Virus record (IMG/VR): IMGVR_UViG_3300011335_000817
Location: 1 to 58,551 of that record
DNA length: 58,551 nucleotides
Direction: 5' to 3' (one strand)
From: a virus
Taxonomy: Duplodnaviria > Caudoviricetes
This document shows, piece after piece, positions 30,719 through 39,072 of the stretch. The notes beneath the pieces were generated by a model, which did not search any database, was not told the origin of the DNA, and was given only the letters and a program-made list of their open reading frames with translations. The first letter of the stretch is position 1. Every line of letters starts with the position of its first letter. Made by a program: the position numbers and the translations under genes.

Positions 30719-30886
30719 AGTCAGGTGATGGAATTCTAAGCATGACGAACAATTTTACATTGTGAGGATGATTGCAGAGAAGCGGAAGACATTATGGCAA
30801 GTAACTGAATCCTGAAGGCAGCAACCTAATGGCAGTAAGTGAATCCATACCGGACGCGGTTACAGGTTCAAGTCCTGTCCTGACTA
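30719..30886 (+). ncRNA. tRNA-like RNA copy A (168 nt), large structured insert
   Basis: agtcagg/cctgact-a acceptor, acagg-ttcaagt-cctgt T-arm; no canonical D or anticodon arm. Confidence 0.75.
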
Positions 30887-30947
30887 CAACCCGTCGGAAG
30901 CTCATCATGACCCGAGTGAGATGAAAACGCGGATATCGGGTCTTCAT

Positions 30948-31018
30948 AGTCAGGTGGCGCAATTGGTAGAGCATGGTAATAAAACTACCTAGTGCAGGTT
31001 CGAATCCTGTCCTGACTA
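30948..31018 (+). ncRNA. tRNA-like RNA copy B (71 nt), atypical cloverleaf with nominal AAA anticodon
   Basis: Same acceptor and T-arm; D-arm gcgc-aattggta-gagc; 4-bp stem ggta-ataaaac-tacc. Confidence 0.75.
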
Positions 31019-31082
31019 CAGCTAAATGGTTCTCACTGACAAAACTGTAAAGGAAGTGGTGACAGCTGGAAAGACAGCACAT

Positions 31083-31210
31083 AGTCAGGTGGCGGAGTGG
31101 ATAGACGCTAGGTGGTTCAAATCCACGCATCACGGAAGACGTGGCAGGGCTACGGAGTCCTAGATAATACTCAGAAGATTGTTGTGCAGGTTCGATTCCT
31201 GTCCTGACTA
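31083..31210 (+). ncRNA. tRNA-like RNA copy C (128 nt), four hairpins replace anticodon/variable arms
   Basis: Same acceptor and T-arm; Leu-type D-arm ggcggagtggatagacgc. Confidence 0.8.
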
Positions 31211-31334
31211 CTTGATCAACAAAGCATTCATGTTAACCCGGACTTGTGGGGTGCTTTGAAAAACAAACAAGAAAGGGAGTATCGTTATTTTGCTGGTTTT
31301 GAAGATTCGGTATGCTCAACAAATCAGCAGTACT

Positions 31335-31406
31335 GCGACTATGGTCAAGGGGTTAAGACGCCTCCCTTTCACGGAGGAATCACGAGTTCAAATCTCGTTA
31401 GTCGTA
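31335..31406 (+). tRNA. tRNA-Glu(TTC)
   Basis: Acceptor gcgacta/tagtcgt, anticodon arm cctcc-ctTTCac-ggagg, T-arm acgag-ttcaaat-ctcgt. Confidence 0.93.
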
Positions 31407-31421
31407 CAAATATTTATAGTT

Positions 31422-31739
31422 ATGGCATGTCATTGTTTATATCTAAAAGATCAACGTGAATTCTTCACATTAATGAAGAATAGAGATACGGATTTGATTA
31501 TGAAGATGGTTAAGTGTGTACTAAGTGCATCTAAACGCGATAAAGCGAAGATTGATATTTTTGATATATCATTCAAAGATATGAGCTCAATGTTGTTTAC
31601 TATTGATAAAGCGCAATATAAGGACATGTTAAAGAATTGTATGGATGATCTTATTAAAATAGAGGAATATGAGTTATGTGGCGAAATTAAAAAAATACTA
31701 GATAAAAAAACTAGAAAAAGTAAAAAAGAAGTTCTTTAA
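31422..31739 (+). CDS. UVR-motif protein
   Basis: KIEEYELCGEIKKIL; ATG at 31422 (longer track ORF overlaps the tRNA). Confidence 0.6.
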   Translation: MACHCLYLKDQREFFTLMKNRDTDLIMKMVKCVLSASKRDKAKIDIFDISFKDMSSMLFTIDKAQYKDMLKNCMDDLIKIEEYELCGEIKKILDKKTRKSKKEVL

Positions 31740-31744
31740 AATAT

Positions 31745-32147
31745 GGGCCTGACGTGGCTTTTGACAGCAATGCGAAGGGTAAGTATACACGCAGAGGTAT
31801 GGTTCTAATCCTCTTTAATAATTGAACAAAACTATAAACGACAACAAAATCGCTCGTCAAGAAGAAGGTGCTAGAATTATCAACATGGCTTTTGCCAATG
31901 TAGCTTTAGCTGCCTAGTATCTACGGATACTTTCTTTCCCTGGCAACTTGGGTGAAACAGTAAGTTGCAACGAATGAAATGTTTTTCTGCTTTTCTCAAA
32001 AGTAGATGGTGGAGCGGCCGAAAGGCCCTAACAATTACGGTGCAAAATAACGGGGATTCATCCTCTTGATTATTTAGTACTAAGCGTGTGAGACGTTATA
32101 CTTATTGCTTACTTTGTTGGACGAGGGTTCGATCCCCTCCAGGTCCA
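31745..32147 (+). ncRNA. ssrA: tmRNA
   Basis: 5' GGGCCTG pairs with 3' CAGGTCC-A including the G3:U wobble; T-arm gaggg-ttcgatc-ccctc; tag frame 31840-31917 DNKIARQEEGARIINMAFANVALAA*. Confidence 0.93.
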
Positions 32148-32186
32148 CAACAGTTACTGTTCTTTGACATATAGGAGAAATAAAAC

Positions 32187-32513
32187 ATGAATACACAATT
32201 AGCATTTGCTTTTGGTATGCTTGCGATGGTTGCTATCACAATGTTGGTAGTGATTGTTGTAGGTATAGTTAAGGTAATCAAATTAGAAAAACAACACAAA
32301 GAATTAGATAGATCATCTTCAAGAGAGGTTGAACATCTTTACAAACGCATTGCAGATACTGAGCGAAATTTCTATTCAGAGCTAAATCAAACTCAAAATA
32401 GATTTGATCAGTATACAGAAGAGTTTAAAAGAAATTTAATGGCTTATACAGATTCAAGAATCGATAAAGCGTTAGGAACAACAACAACAAAGAAACAAAT
32501 TTTAAAAGACTAA
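32187..32513 (+). CDS. Membrane-anchored coiled-coil protein
   Basis: N-terminal TM, YTDSRIDK. Confidence 0.7.
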   Translation: MNTQLAFAFGMLAMVAITMLVVIVVGIVKVIKLEKQHKELDRSSSREVEHLYKRIADTERNFYSELNQTQNRFDQYTEEFKRNLMAYTDSRIDKALGTTTTKKQILKD

Positions 32514-32540
32514 AATAAAATAGTCAAGAACGGTAACTCT

Positions 32541-32568
32541 AAGGCAACCAGAAATGGTTGCCTTTTTT
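32541..32568 (+). terminator. Intrinsic terminator
   Basis: aaggcaacca-gaaa-tggttgcctt followed by T run. Confidence 0.85.
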
Positions 32569-32799
32569 GTCTGGCAAAATTAATTTTATATATTATAGTA
32601 TGGGAGAAATGATTGTAGGCGCTATAGCCTCTATTATAGCAGGAGTTTCGTTTTTTTTATGGGCTGATGAAAAATAAGTTATGGATACAATTTTACATAT
32701 ATTAGGGTTTTGTGGTGATCATAATTCACACACTAACCTAATTTCATTATTAACAAGTGAAATGCAATATGCATTATCATATATTAAAAATTATTTTAA

Positions 32800-33138
32800 A
32801 TGAATATATTCTGGGGAATATTATGGGGATTAGCAGCCCAAATAGTTACATTTATGCAACTACAAGGACAACTTAAGTTTGAATGGATGAAGCAATACAC
32901 ATGGGCTGTTGTATTAATGGGTATTCCCATTTCATTTATGTTTATGAAATCAGTAAAAAACTTTGTTGCAGCATTTGATGGACAAATATGGCCATCACGC
33001 TTACTTGGCTTTGGATTAGGAGTAATAGTGTTTTCAGGAATGTCTTATTTCCTATTTAAGGAACCATTCACAACAAAAACAGGTATTTGTTTATTTTTAG
33101 GATTATTAATTATATTAACACAATTATTTTGGAAATGA
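32800..33138 (+). CDS. Small 4-TM membrane protein (SMR/DMT-like)
   Basis: Four hydrophobic segments, FLFKEPFT. Confidence 0.6.
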   Translation: MNIFWGILWGLAAQIVTFMQLQGQLKFEWMKQYTWAVVLMGIPISFMFMKSVKNFVAAFDGQIWPSRLLGFGLGVIVFSGMSYFLFKEPFTTKTGICLFLGLLIILTQLFWK

Positions 33139-33881
33139 AAACAGTAGTAATAGGAGATATTCACGGCCGCTCAGTTTGGAAACTGATAGTTGAAATAGAA
33201 AAACCAGATAGAATTATTTTTATAGGTGATTACTTTGATTCATTTGATATCAAAGGAGTAGATCAGTTAAGTAATTTCCAAGACATAATCGCATTTAAGG
33301 AAAGTAACCAATGTGAAGTTATTATGTTGATTGGTAATCATGATCACCACTACTTCCCAGAAGTAGGAGATACAGGTACAAGCGGTTATCAACATCTGTT
33401 TGCTCCATCAATTCAATATGTTGTAGATCAAAATAGAAAACATCTACAGATGGCATATCAAATGGGTGAGTTTCTATTCACTCATGCTGGTGTAAGTAGT
33501 GCATTTATGGATAGTGTATTTGGTGAAGGAGAATGGAAAGTAGAGAATATAGTTACTGATTTAAATGAACTATTCAAATACAAACCAAAAACGTTTGAGT
33601 TTGGAATGGCGTGTAATTTAAAATTATCATATTACTTAAATCCATCAGGTGATAATATAGAACAATCACCAATATGGATTAGACCTAGATCATTAATGAA
33701 TGCTAATTATAATACATTACGTAAACAAGTAATACAAGTAGTAGGTCATACTCAAGTAATAAAAATTGATACTGAAGGAATGGCTACTGGTAACAGATAT
33801 TGGTTTATTGATGCTTTAGATACTAGCGGACAGTATATGATTATTAATGATAATGAAGTAACATTCAATACGTGGAGATAA
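33135..33881 (+). CDS. Metallophosphoesterase
   Basis: GDIHG, GDYFD, GNHD, THAG, VGHT. Confidence 0.92.
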   Translation: MKTVVIGDIHGRSVWKLIVEIEKPDRIIFIGDYFDSFDIKGVDQLSNFQDIIAFKESNQCEVIMLIGNHDHHYFPEVGDTGTSGYQHLFAPSIQYVVDQNRKHLQMAYQMGEFLFTHAGVSSAFMDSVFGEGEWKVENIVTDLNELFKYKPKTFEFGMACNLKLSYYLNPSGDNIEQSPIWIRPRSLMNANYNTLRKQVIQVVGHTQVIKIDTEGMATGNRYWFIDALDTSGQYMIINDNEVTFNTWR

Positions 33882-33935
33882 TAATTTCCCAATATGTATT
33901 GTCACAATAACATCATTAATCAAAAACTAAACATC

Positions 33936-34103
33936 ATGAACGCAAATTGGAAAACAACAATCGGTGGTATATTAGCTGCAGTTGGTAGTTATTTAGTTAA
34001 CTCACAAACAGGTACATTGAATCTTATAGGTCAAATTGCACAAGTAATTGGTATCTTTTTAGTAGGTGCTATGGCTCAAGATGCAGCATCAAAGAAAGCT
34101 TAA
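33936..34103 (+). CDS. Small holin-like membrane protein
   Basis: NWKTTIGG, two hydrophobic helices, AQD near the C-terminus. Confidence 0.5.
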   Translation: MNANWKTTIGGILAAVGSYLVNSQTGTLNLIGQIAQVIGIFLVGAMAQDAASKKA

Positions 34104-34135
34104 TTACCTCGCTATAGTCTCAGTATTATAGCTTT

Positions 34136-34165
34136 GAACCCGACCCCGTAAGGTCGGGTTCTTTT
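34136..34165 (+). terminator. Intrinsic terminator
   Basis: gaacccgacc-ccgtaa-ggtcgggttc-tttt. Confidence 0.85.
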
Positions 34166-34197
34166 ATTTGGCACAATCCTTTTTATACATTTACTGT

Positions 34198-34405
34198 ATG
34201 AAAAATGTGAAACAAAAAGACGATAAACGTGAATGGTTTATTGTTATGAATTCTGATTTAGAGTATTATTGTGGAATGATGTATGGTGGTGAATTGGTTT
34301 TGGAGCAGTGATTATAGAGAAGCAAAACCACTAGACGATGAAGCTAAATTCAGAACACTAAAGTATCTTAGTTATGGCAAGGAACTTGTCTTAGATTACA
34401 TTTAA
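34198..34405 (+). pseudogene. Frameshifted small gene (or sequencing error)
   Basis: Removing one T from the run at 34298-34301 joins MKNVKQ...GGELV to WSSDYREAKPL...LDYI*; preceded by motif copy at 34170. Confidence 0.55.
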
Positions 34406-34415
34406 ATAAAAAGTT

Positions 34416-34805
34416 ATGAGTATAGATACATCATTCAACAATGAGTTTGAAAAACAACTCGAAGAAGCCGGTTACAACTGGTTTAAAGACCATTGGAAAA
34501 ACTCATTGAGGGGTTTCCAAAAAAGATTCCGTGATGATTTGGGTACAAAGTATTTTATCACCGGTTATCATTGGAACTTTGGAGAGAAGTATCCCGATAT
34601 GGAAAATAGAGACCAATACACCTTTGATGTTCAATTCCGAATTAATAAGGATGGCAAAGACCAAACGATTGATTTGAGATACGGCGCTGACTTCTTACCA
34701 AACAAATGGCGACCTGTAACTACATTAAAAGAGGTTGAACAATTCTACGAAAAAGCTTTCAATGATTTTGGAGCTGATTATTATGAACTAAATCAATACG
34801 AATAA
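34416..34805 (+). CDS. Hypothetical protein
   Basis: 129-aa ORF, aaaagttATG leader. Confidence 0.7.
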   Translation: MSIDTSFNNEFEKQLEEAGYNWFKDHWKNSLRGFQKRFRDDLGTKYFITGYHWNFGEKYPDMENRDQYTFDVQFRINKDGKDQTIDLRYGADFLPNKWRPVTTLKEVEQFYEKAFNDFGADYYELNQYE

Positions 34806-34999
34806 TGAATCCAGTTTACCCAAAGCAAGACCCCGATTATCGCAAACGCGTAATGGCTCAGTTTTATAAACACGTAGTAGACACTAAGTGGCCTGATGAA
34901 GATGAAAAAGGTAAACCACGTGGCCGCAAAGCGAAAATAATAGAAAAACCTAAAGCAAAACTACGTCCCGGAGAAGGATATAATTGGTTTAATAAATAA
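34805..34999 (+). CDS. Small basic protein with KPRGRK
   Basis: ORF track. Confidence 0.6.
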   Translation: MNPVYPKQDPDYRKRVMAQFYKHVVDTKWPDEDEKGKPRGRKAKIIEKPKAKLRPGEGYNWFNK

Positions 35000-35010
35000 A
35001 AATAAAACAT

Positions 35011-35238
35011 ATGAATATTAACGTTGACATCGATATAGACGATGTATTATGGGAAATGTCCAAAAGAGAAAAACAACAATTAGTAGATGATCTTTATGAT
35101 GATGGTTATATTCCAAAACCACTAATAAATGACCACACAGATGACTTTAGTTTAGCTTGTAAAAAACTAATGGGTGAAGCCTGGAGATTAACTAATGAAG
35201 AAACAGAATTTATTATTAACATATCAAAACGATTCTAA
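35011..35238 (+). CDS. Hypothetical protein
   Basis: ORF track. Confidence 0.6.
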   Translation: MNINVDIDIDDVLWEMSKREKQQLVDDLYDDGYIPKPLINDHTDDFSLACKKLMGEAWRLTNEETEFIINISKRF

Positions 35239-35444
35239 TGGAAAACAAATACAAAATGTTAAATGACAAGTACTTCGACTTTGGAATATTCGAAGATATA
35301 ATCAAAGCTATAAAAGAAATGGAACACCCAGAACCAGATATGTTTAATTTTGGATTAGCTAGTGCTGATGGGGCTGTAAGACGATTACGCGAACAATATT
35401 ATGAAACAATAAAGAAAATGTATGATCAAGAAGATACTAATTAA
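35238..35444 (+). CDS. Hypothetical protein
   Basis: ORF track, coupled stop/start. Confidence 0.6.
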   Translation: MENKYKMLNDKYFDFGIFEDIIKAIKEMEHPEPDMFNFGLASADGAVRRLREQYYETIKKMYDQEDTN

Positions 35445-35514
35445 ACTTGAACTATGGTTCAATAAAGAATTTGGATGGTTCTTTACAAACGGAAATAAAT
35501 TAAAATAATAAATT

Positions 35515-35724
35515 ATGAAATTAGCACTTAAATTTTTATTACTCCTAATACACTATATTGTGGTAGCAGTAATTGTATATTATATTGGTGACCTTATGAC
35601 TAAAGATACTAGTGGTGTTGGTGTAGGACCTAACGCTTTAGTACTATTACTCTTAATAATAAGTGTAATACAACACACAAAACAATTTATTTTATCATTT
35701 AAAAACAAAAACACACAGTTATGA
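35515..35724 (+). CDS. Small membrane protein
   Basis: Two hydrophobic helices, upstream of the SPFH gene. Confidence 0.6.
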   Translation: MKLALKFLLLLIHYIVVAVIVYYIGDLMTKDTSGVGVGPNALVLLLLIISVIQHTKQFILSFKNKNTQL

Positions 35725-36671
35725 TTGGATTTTTAATTTTCATTTTAGCGATGCTTATTCTAGGATCAAGCTTCGGAGTATTTAACTTCAAAAACTATAC
35801 CATTGTCCAAGAAGGTAGATATGGTACAGAAACAAAAACAAACACAAAACAGATTACTAAACTAGTAGTTGTTGTAGTAGCATCACTTTTACTAGCAGCT
35901 ATTAACCCTGTAACAGTAGAACGTATTGATGTTGGTAATGTAGGATTAAAAGTAAATAACACCGGAGATGAACGAGGTGTTAGTAAGACAGCTTATGTAA
36001 CAGGATGGGTATTCTACAACAGCTGGTTATCACGAATTAAAGAATTTCCTGTAACGCAACAACACATTGATTATGAAGAAACATCTATCATTACTAAGGG
36101 TGGCTTCCAAGCAATAATCAAACCAAGTTTCAACTGGTCAGTTAATCCAGGTAATGCAGCTGATATGTATCAGAATCTAAAGCAAGATGTAGATCAAATT
36201 AAAGACACCTGGTTAAAGAATGCTATTATAGGTGCAGTTAATGATGTAGCTAACTTATATAGTGTAGATAGTATCTTCAACCACAGAGCTGAATTTGAGG
36301 CGGATATAGTTAAAGAATGTAATAAACGCGTTAGTAAGTGGTTTAATGTTAGTCAGTTAAGAACTAATATAGTACCACCTAAAGAAATTACTCAAGCGAT
36401 TAATGCTAAAACAGCTGCTGTACAAGAAGCACAAGCCGCTATTCAACAAAAGATAGTAGCTGAAGCCCAAGCACAAACACAGATTGCTAAAGCTAAGGGT
36501 GATAGTGCACAAGCAGTTATTGCAGCAGCTGGTAGAGCAGAAGCTGTAAAGAAAGAACAACAGTTCTTAACACCATTGTATATAGACTATCTTAAAGTAC
36601 AAAAGTGGAAAGGTGATGTACCAACTACAGTATTAGGTTCTAATAGTAATACGTTGATAAGTTTACCATAA
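35721..36671 (+). CDS. SPFH/Band 7 membrane protein
   Basis: N-terminal TMs, ERIDVGNVGLKV, A/Q/E-rich coil, QKWKGDVP. Confidence 0.88.
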   Translation: MIGFLIFILAMLILGSSFGVFNFKNYTIVQEGRYGTETKTNTKQITKLVVVVVASLLLAAINPVTVERIDVGNVGLKVNNTGDERGVSKTAYVTGWVFYNSWLSRIKEFPVTQQHIDYEETSIITKGGFQAIIKPSFNWSVNPGNAADMYQNLKQDVDQIKDTWLKNAIIGAVNDVANLYSVDSIFNHRAEFEADIVKECNKRVSKWFNVSQLRTNIVPPKEITQAINAKTAAVQEAQAAIQQKIVAEAQAQTQIAKAKGDSAQAVIAAAGRAEAVKKEQQFLTPLYIDYLKVQKWKGDVPTTVLGSNSNTLISLP

Positions 36672-36739
36672 TTAATAATAAAGAAAGAATGGGATCGGCA
36701 AGATCCCATTTTTATATTTATTGTATAAAACCAAAAATT

Positions 36740-36937
36740 ATGAAAGTATCAAAAGAAATGATGTATTTTAAATGCATGGCTATTGAAGAGATGGTTAAAA
36801 AGTTAGTATTAGATGGTACTACTGATAATGAAAAATTAGTAAAAGCTGTTGATGAAATGTTTCCTCCTGAAACAAATGAAGAGATGGAGGCTTATTCCGA
36901 AGCAATAATATACGCCAAATATTCAATATTAAATTAA
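36740..36937 (+). CDS. Hypothetical protein
   Basis: ATG after aaccaaaaatt leader. Confidence 0.6.
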   Translation: MKVSKEMMYFKCMAIEEMVKKLVLDGTTDNEKLVKAVDEMFPPETNEEMEAYSEAIIYAKYSILN

Positions 36938-36942
36938 ATAAT

Positions 36943-37377
36943 ATGCACGCAGACATTAATGAATTAGTTGGCAAGACGCTAACCAAGATAGATAAAACAC
37001 ACGACGAACTAATCTTCCATTGCGAGACAGGAGAGATGTATAAGATGTACCACTCTCAGGATTGTTGTGAAAGTGTTAGTATAGACGATATTAATGGTGA
37101 TTTAGACGACCTAATAGATACACCAATCCTTAAAGCAGAAGAGGTATCCAATAAAGACTTTGTAGATACGTTCAAGAATAGGTTTACTGTTGAGGGTGGT
37201 TGGACTAGGAAAGATAATGAAGGAAACTATGAACCAGAGAGCTACACCTTTACATTCTACAAGTTAGCAACTATAAAAGGGTATGTAGACATTCGTTGGT
37301 TTGGAGAATCAAATGGCTATTACTCAGAAGGTGTAGATTTTAAAAAGGCAGACGAGAATGGAAATTATGGCTGGTAA
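36943..37377 (+). CDS. Conserved phage protein (HxQDCCE / SNGYY family)
   Basis: [30 protein letters not shown]. Confidence 0.7.
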   Translation: MHADINELVGKTLTKIDKTHDELIFHCETGEMYKMYHSQDCCESVSIDDINGDLDDLIDTPILKAEEVSNKDFVDTFKNRFTVEGGWTRKDNEGNYEPESYTFTFYKLATIKGYVDIRWFGESNGYYSEGVDFKKADENGNYGW

Positions 37378-37396
37378 ACAAATAAAAAAATAATAT

Positions 37397-37570
37397 ATGA
37401 CAAACAGATTAGAATGGATTCTTATGATTATGGGTATGGTATTAGCTATTATATCAGGTATAGTAGCTATAGCAACTAATGAAAGCTTTACATGGCAAGC
37501 AATAACAGCATTATGGATTGGAGCATGTATGCTCAAACAAAGAACAATAGAAAATTTAGAAAAAAAATAA
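37397..37570 (+). CDS. Small membrane protein (below ORF-track cutoff)
   Basis: 57 aa MTNRLEWILMIMGMVLAII... Confidence 0.55.
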   Translation: MTNRLEWILMIMGMVLAIISGIVAIATNESFTWQAITALWIGACMLKQRTIENLEKK

Positions 37571-37572
37571 AT

Positions 37573-37959
37573 ATGAAAAAATTATCGCTCATAGTAGTAA
37601 GTCTACTCGCAACACTATTTAGTTACTCTCAAGATTTTAACAGAGTAGTCAATGTTACTAAAAGCCAATTCACAGGTGATGAATGGAAAGTAGTATCTAC
37701 CAACCAACCAACTGATATGTTTGTTATCATTGATGAATGGGACATTACAATAGGTAGTTATAAATTTAAGACATATGATACTCCTGACAAAACAACTTAT
37801 GATAGCCACGTATGCTATACTTGGAAATGTATTGATAAGGACGGGACTAAGTGTCTATTCTTAATGAAGAAGTTTAGACCAGAAGTAAGCACACACATGC
37901 TATACGCTATACTATACCCAGAAGATTTAATAATGTACGAATACGAAACAAAACAATAA
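37573..37959 (+). CDS. Putative secreted protein
   Basis: MKKLSLIVVSLLATLFSYSQ signal peptide. Confidence 0.65.
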   Translation: MKKLSLIVVSLLATLFSYSQDFNRVVNVTKSQFTGDEWKVVSTNQPTDMFVIIDEWDITIGSYKFKTYDTPDKTTYDSHVCYTWKCIDKDGTKCLFLMKKFRPEVSTHMLYAILYPEDLIMYEYETKQ

Positions 37960-37965
37960 CGAGTT

Positions 37966-38142
37966 ATGAGTAAAGAATTATTAACTAAATTATTAAAGGC
38001 CGCTCAAGAAATTGATAGAACACCTAAAGCCAATTATATCCATCTTTCCGAAGAATTCATTCAAACTAAGGCTGACGAAAATGGTGTTACATTTGATGAG
38101 ATGATAGAGATTATTGAAAATGAACTAAAACCAAAACAATAG
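37966..38142 (+). CDS. Hypothetical protein (below ORF-track cutoff)
   Basis: 58 aa MSKELLTKLLKAAQE... Confidence 0.55.
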   Translation: MSKELLTKLLKAAQEIDRTPKANYIHLSEEFIQTKADENGVTFDEMIEIIENELKPKQ

Positions 38143-38148
38143 AAAGTT

Positions 38149-38544
38149 ATGAGTAACGAACAACAACAGATTATTGATGAGGCGTATAAAAGATATCATA
38201 GCCAAACAATTATCAAATCAAAAGATTTAAAAGATTTTGAAGAATTAGATGGAATGGATTTAGGTACGGGTGAATGGAAAAAAGTGCATCGACAATACGC
38301 ACCAAAAGAGTTCATCAACAAATGTAAAACAGACCCAGAGTTCTCTGAAAAGTGGGGATTACAGATTGAGGAAAAAGAGTTGAGTTTGGAAGAGAGGGTT
38401 AAGATTCAAATGTCTAATGTAATGTATTCAGGTAGAGTAAACTTTGAGGAAGAATACCTAAAAGAAGTGTGTGATAAAAACAATGTCCCAACCCGACTAA
38501 TAACAATAACATATAAAGAACAAACAATAGAAAGTTATGAATAA
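38149..38544 (+). CDS. Stand-alone ThyA-insertion-like protein, paralog 1
   Basis: Shares blocks with 38731..39072 and with the insertions of the downstream ThyA. Confidence 0.75.
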   Translation: MSNEQQQIIDEAYKRYHSQTIIKSKDLKDFEELDGMDLGTGEWKKVHRQYAPKEFINKCKTDPEFSEKWGLQIEEKELSLEERVKIQMSNVMYSGRVNFEEEYLKEVCDKNNVPTRLITITYKEQTIESYE

Positions 38545-38734
38545 AGAAAAATATGAACTTGCGGTAGGCATGTACCAACAATATCAAAAGGATGTAGTTA
38601 AAGTAGGTGTGCCTATAAACATTTATCAAATAAAAACATTACAACTACTTGAAAAAAACTTTAGAGATTATCAAACAATTAAACCAAAATGGTATCAAAA
38701 ATTGATAGGAGCATTTAAAAATAGAAAGTTATGA
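38537..38734 (+). CDS. Hypothetical protein
   Basis: ORF track, between the two paralogs. Confidence 0.6.
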   Translation: MNKEKYELAVGMYQQYQKDVVKVGVPINIYQIKTLQLLEKNFRDYQTIKPKWYQKLIGAFKNRKL

Positions 38735-39072
38735 ATAACGAACAACAACAGATTATTGATGAGGCGTATAAGAATTATTGTAAATCTTTTGAAAATCAAT
38801 CGATTATTGAACAGAACTCCTATGATACTGAACCTATTACTAAACAAATGTTTATAGATAAAGTAAAAAACCTTGATTGGTTCTCTGAAAAGTGGGGATT
38901 AAAAATTGAGGAAAGGGAGTTGAGTTTGGAAGAAAGATATAAACTTGACCACCATTTTGATTGTTTAATTGGCGAATACCCTGAGCACCACATTACGCTA
39001 GATGAAAGAGGTGTTCCTTGTAAACTAATCACAATAACATATAAAGAACAAACAATAAAAAGTTATGAATAA
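38731..39072 (+). CDS. Stand-alone ThyA-insertion-like protein, paralog 2
   Basis: NEQQQIIDEAYK, FSEKWGL.IEE.ELSLEER, LITITYKEQTI.SYE shared with paralog 1. Confidence 0.75.
   Translation: MNNEQQQIIDEAYKNYCKSFENQSIIEQNSYDTEPITKQMFIDKVKNLDWFSEKWGLKIEERELSLEERYKLDHHFDCLIGEYPEHHITLDERGVPCKLITITYKEQTIKSYE

Noticed and set aside
30719-30886. Group I intron-containing tRNA
   Set aside because: Insert is much shorter than typical group I introns and no anticodon-stem halves are evident
30792-31133. Minus-strand 113-aa ORF with repeated VVRTG.EP
   Set aside because: Shadow translation of the tRNA-like repeats
30719-31210. CRISPR array interpretation of the repeated AGTCAGG/CCTGACTAC units
   Set aside because: Units are paired tRNA-like ends with irregular spacing; no cas operon (the PD-(D/E)XK gene is a lone replication-region nuclease)
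31244-31459. ORFs overlapping tRNA-Glu (31244..31459 and the 5' extension 31290)
   Set aside because: They run through a clear tRNA; the real start is likely 31422
32102-32299. Minus-strand ORF across the tmRNA 3' end
   Set aside because: Antisense to tmRNA and to a good + strand gene
38149-39072. Diversity-generating retroelement template/variable repeat pair
   Set aside because: Differences are block-wise rather than adenine-specific, and no reverse transcriptase is in the window
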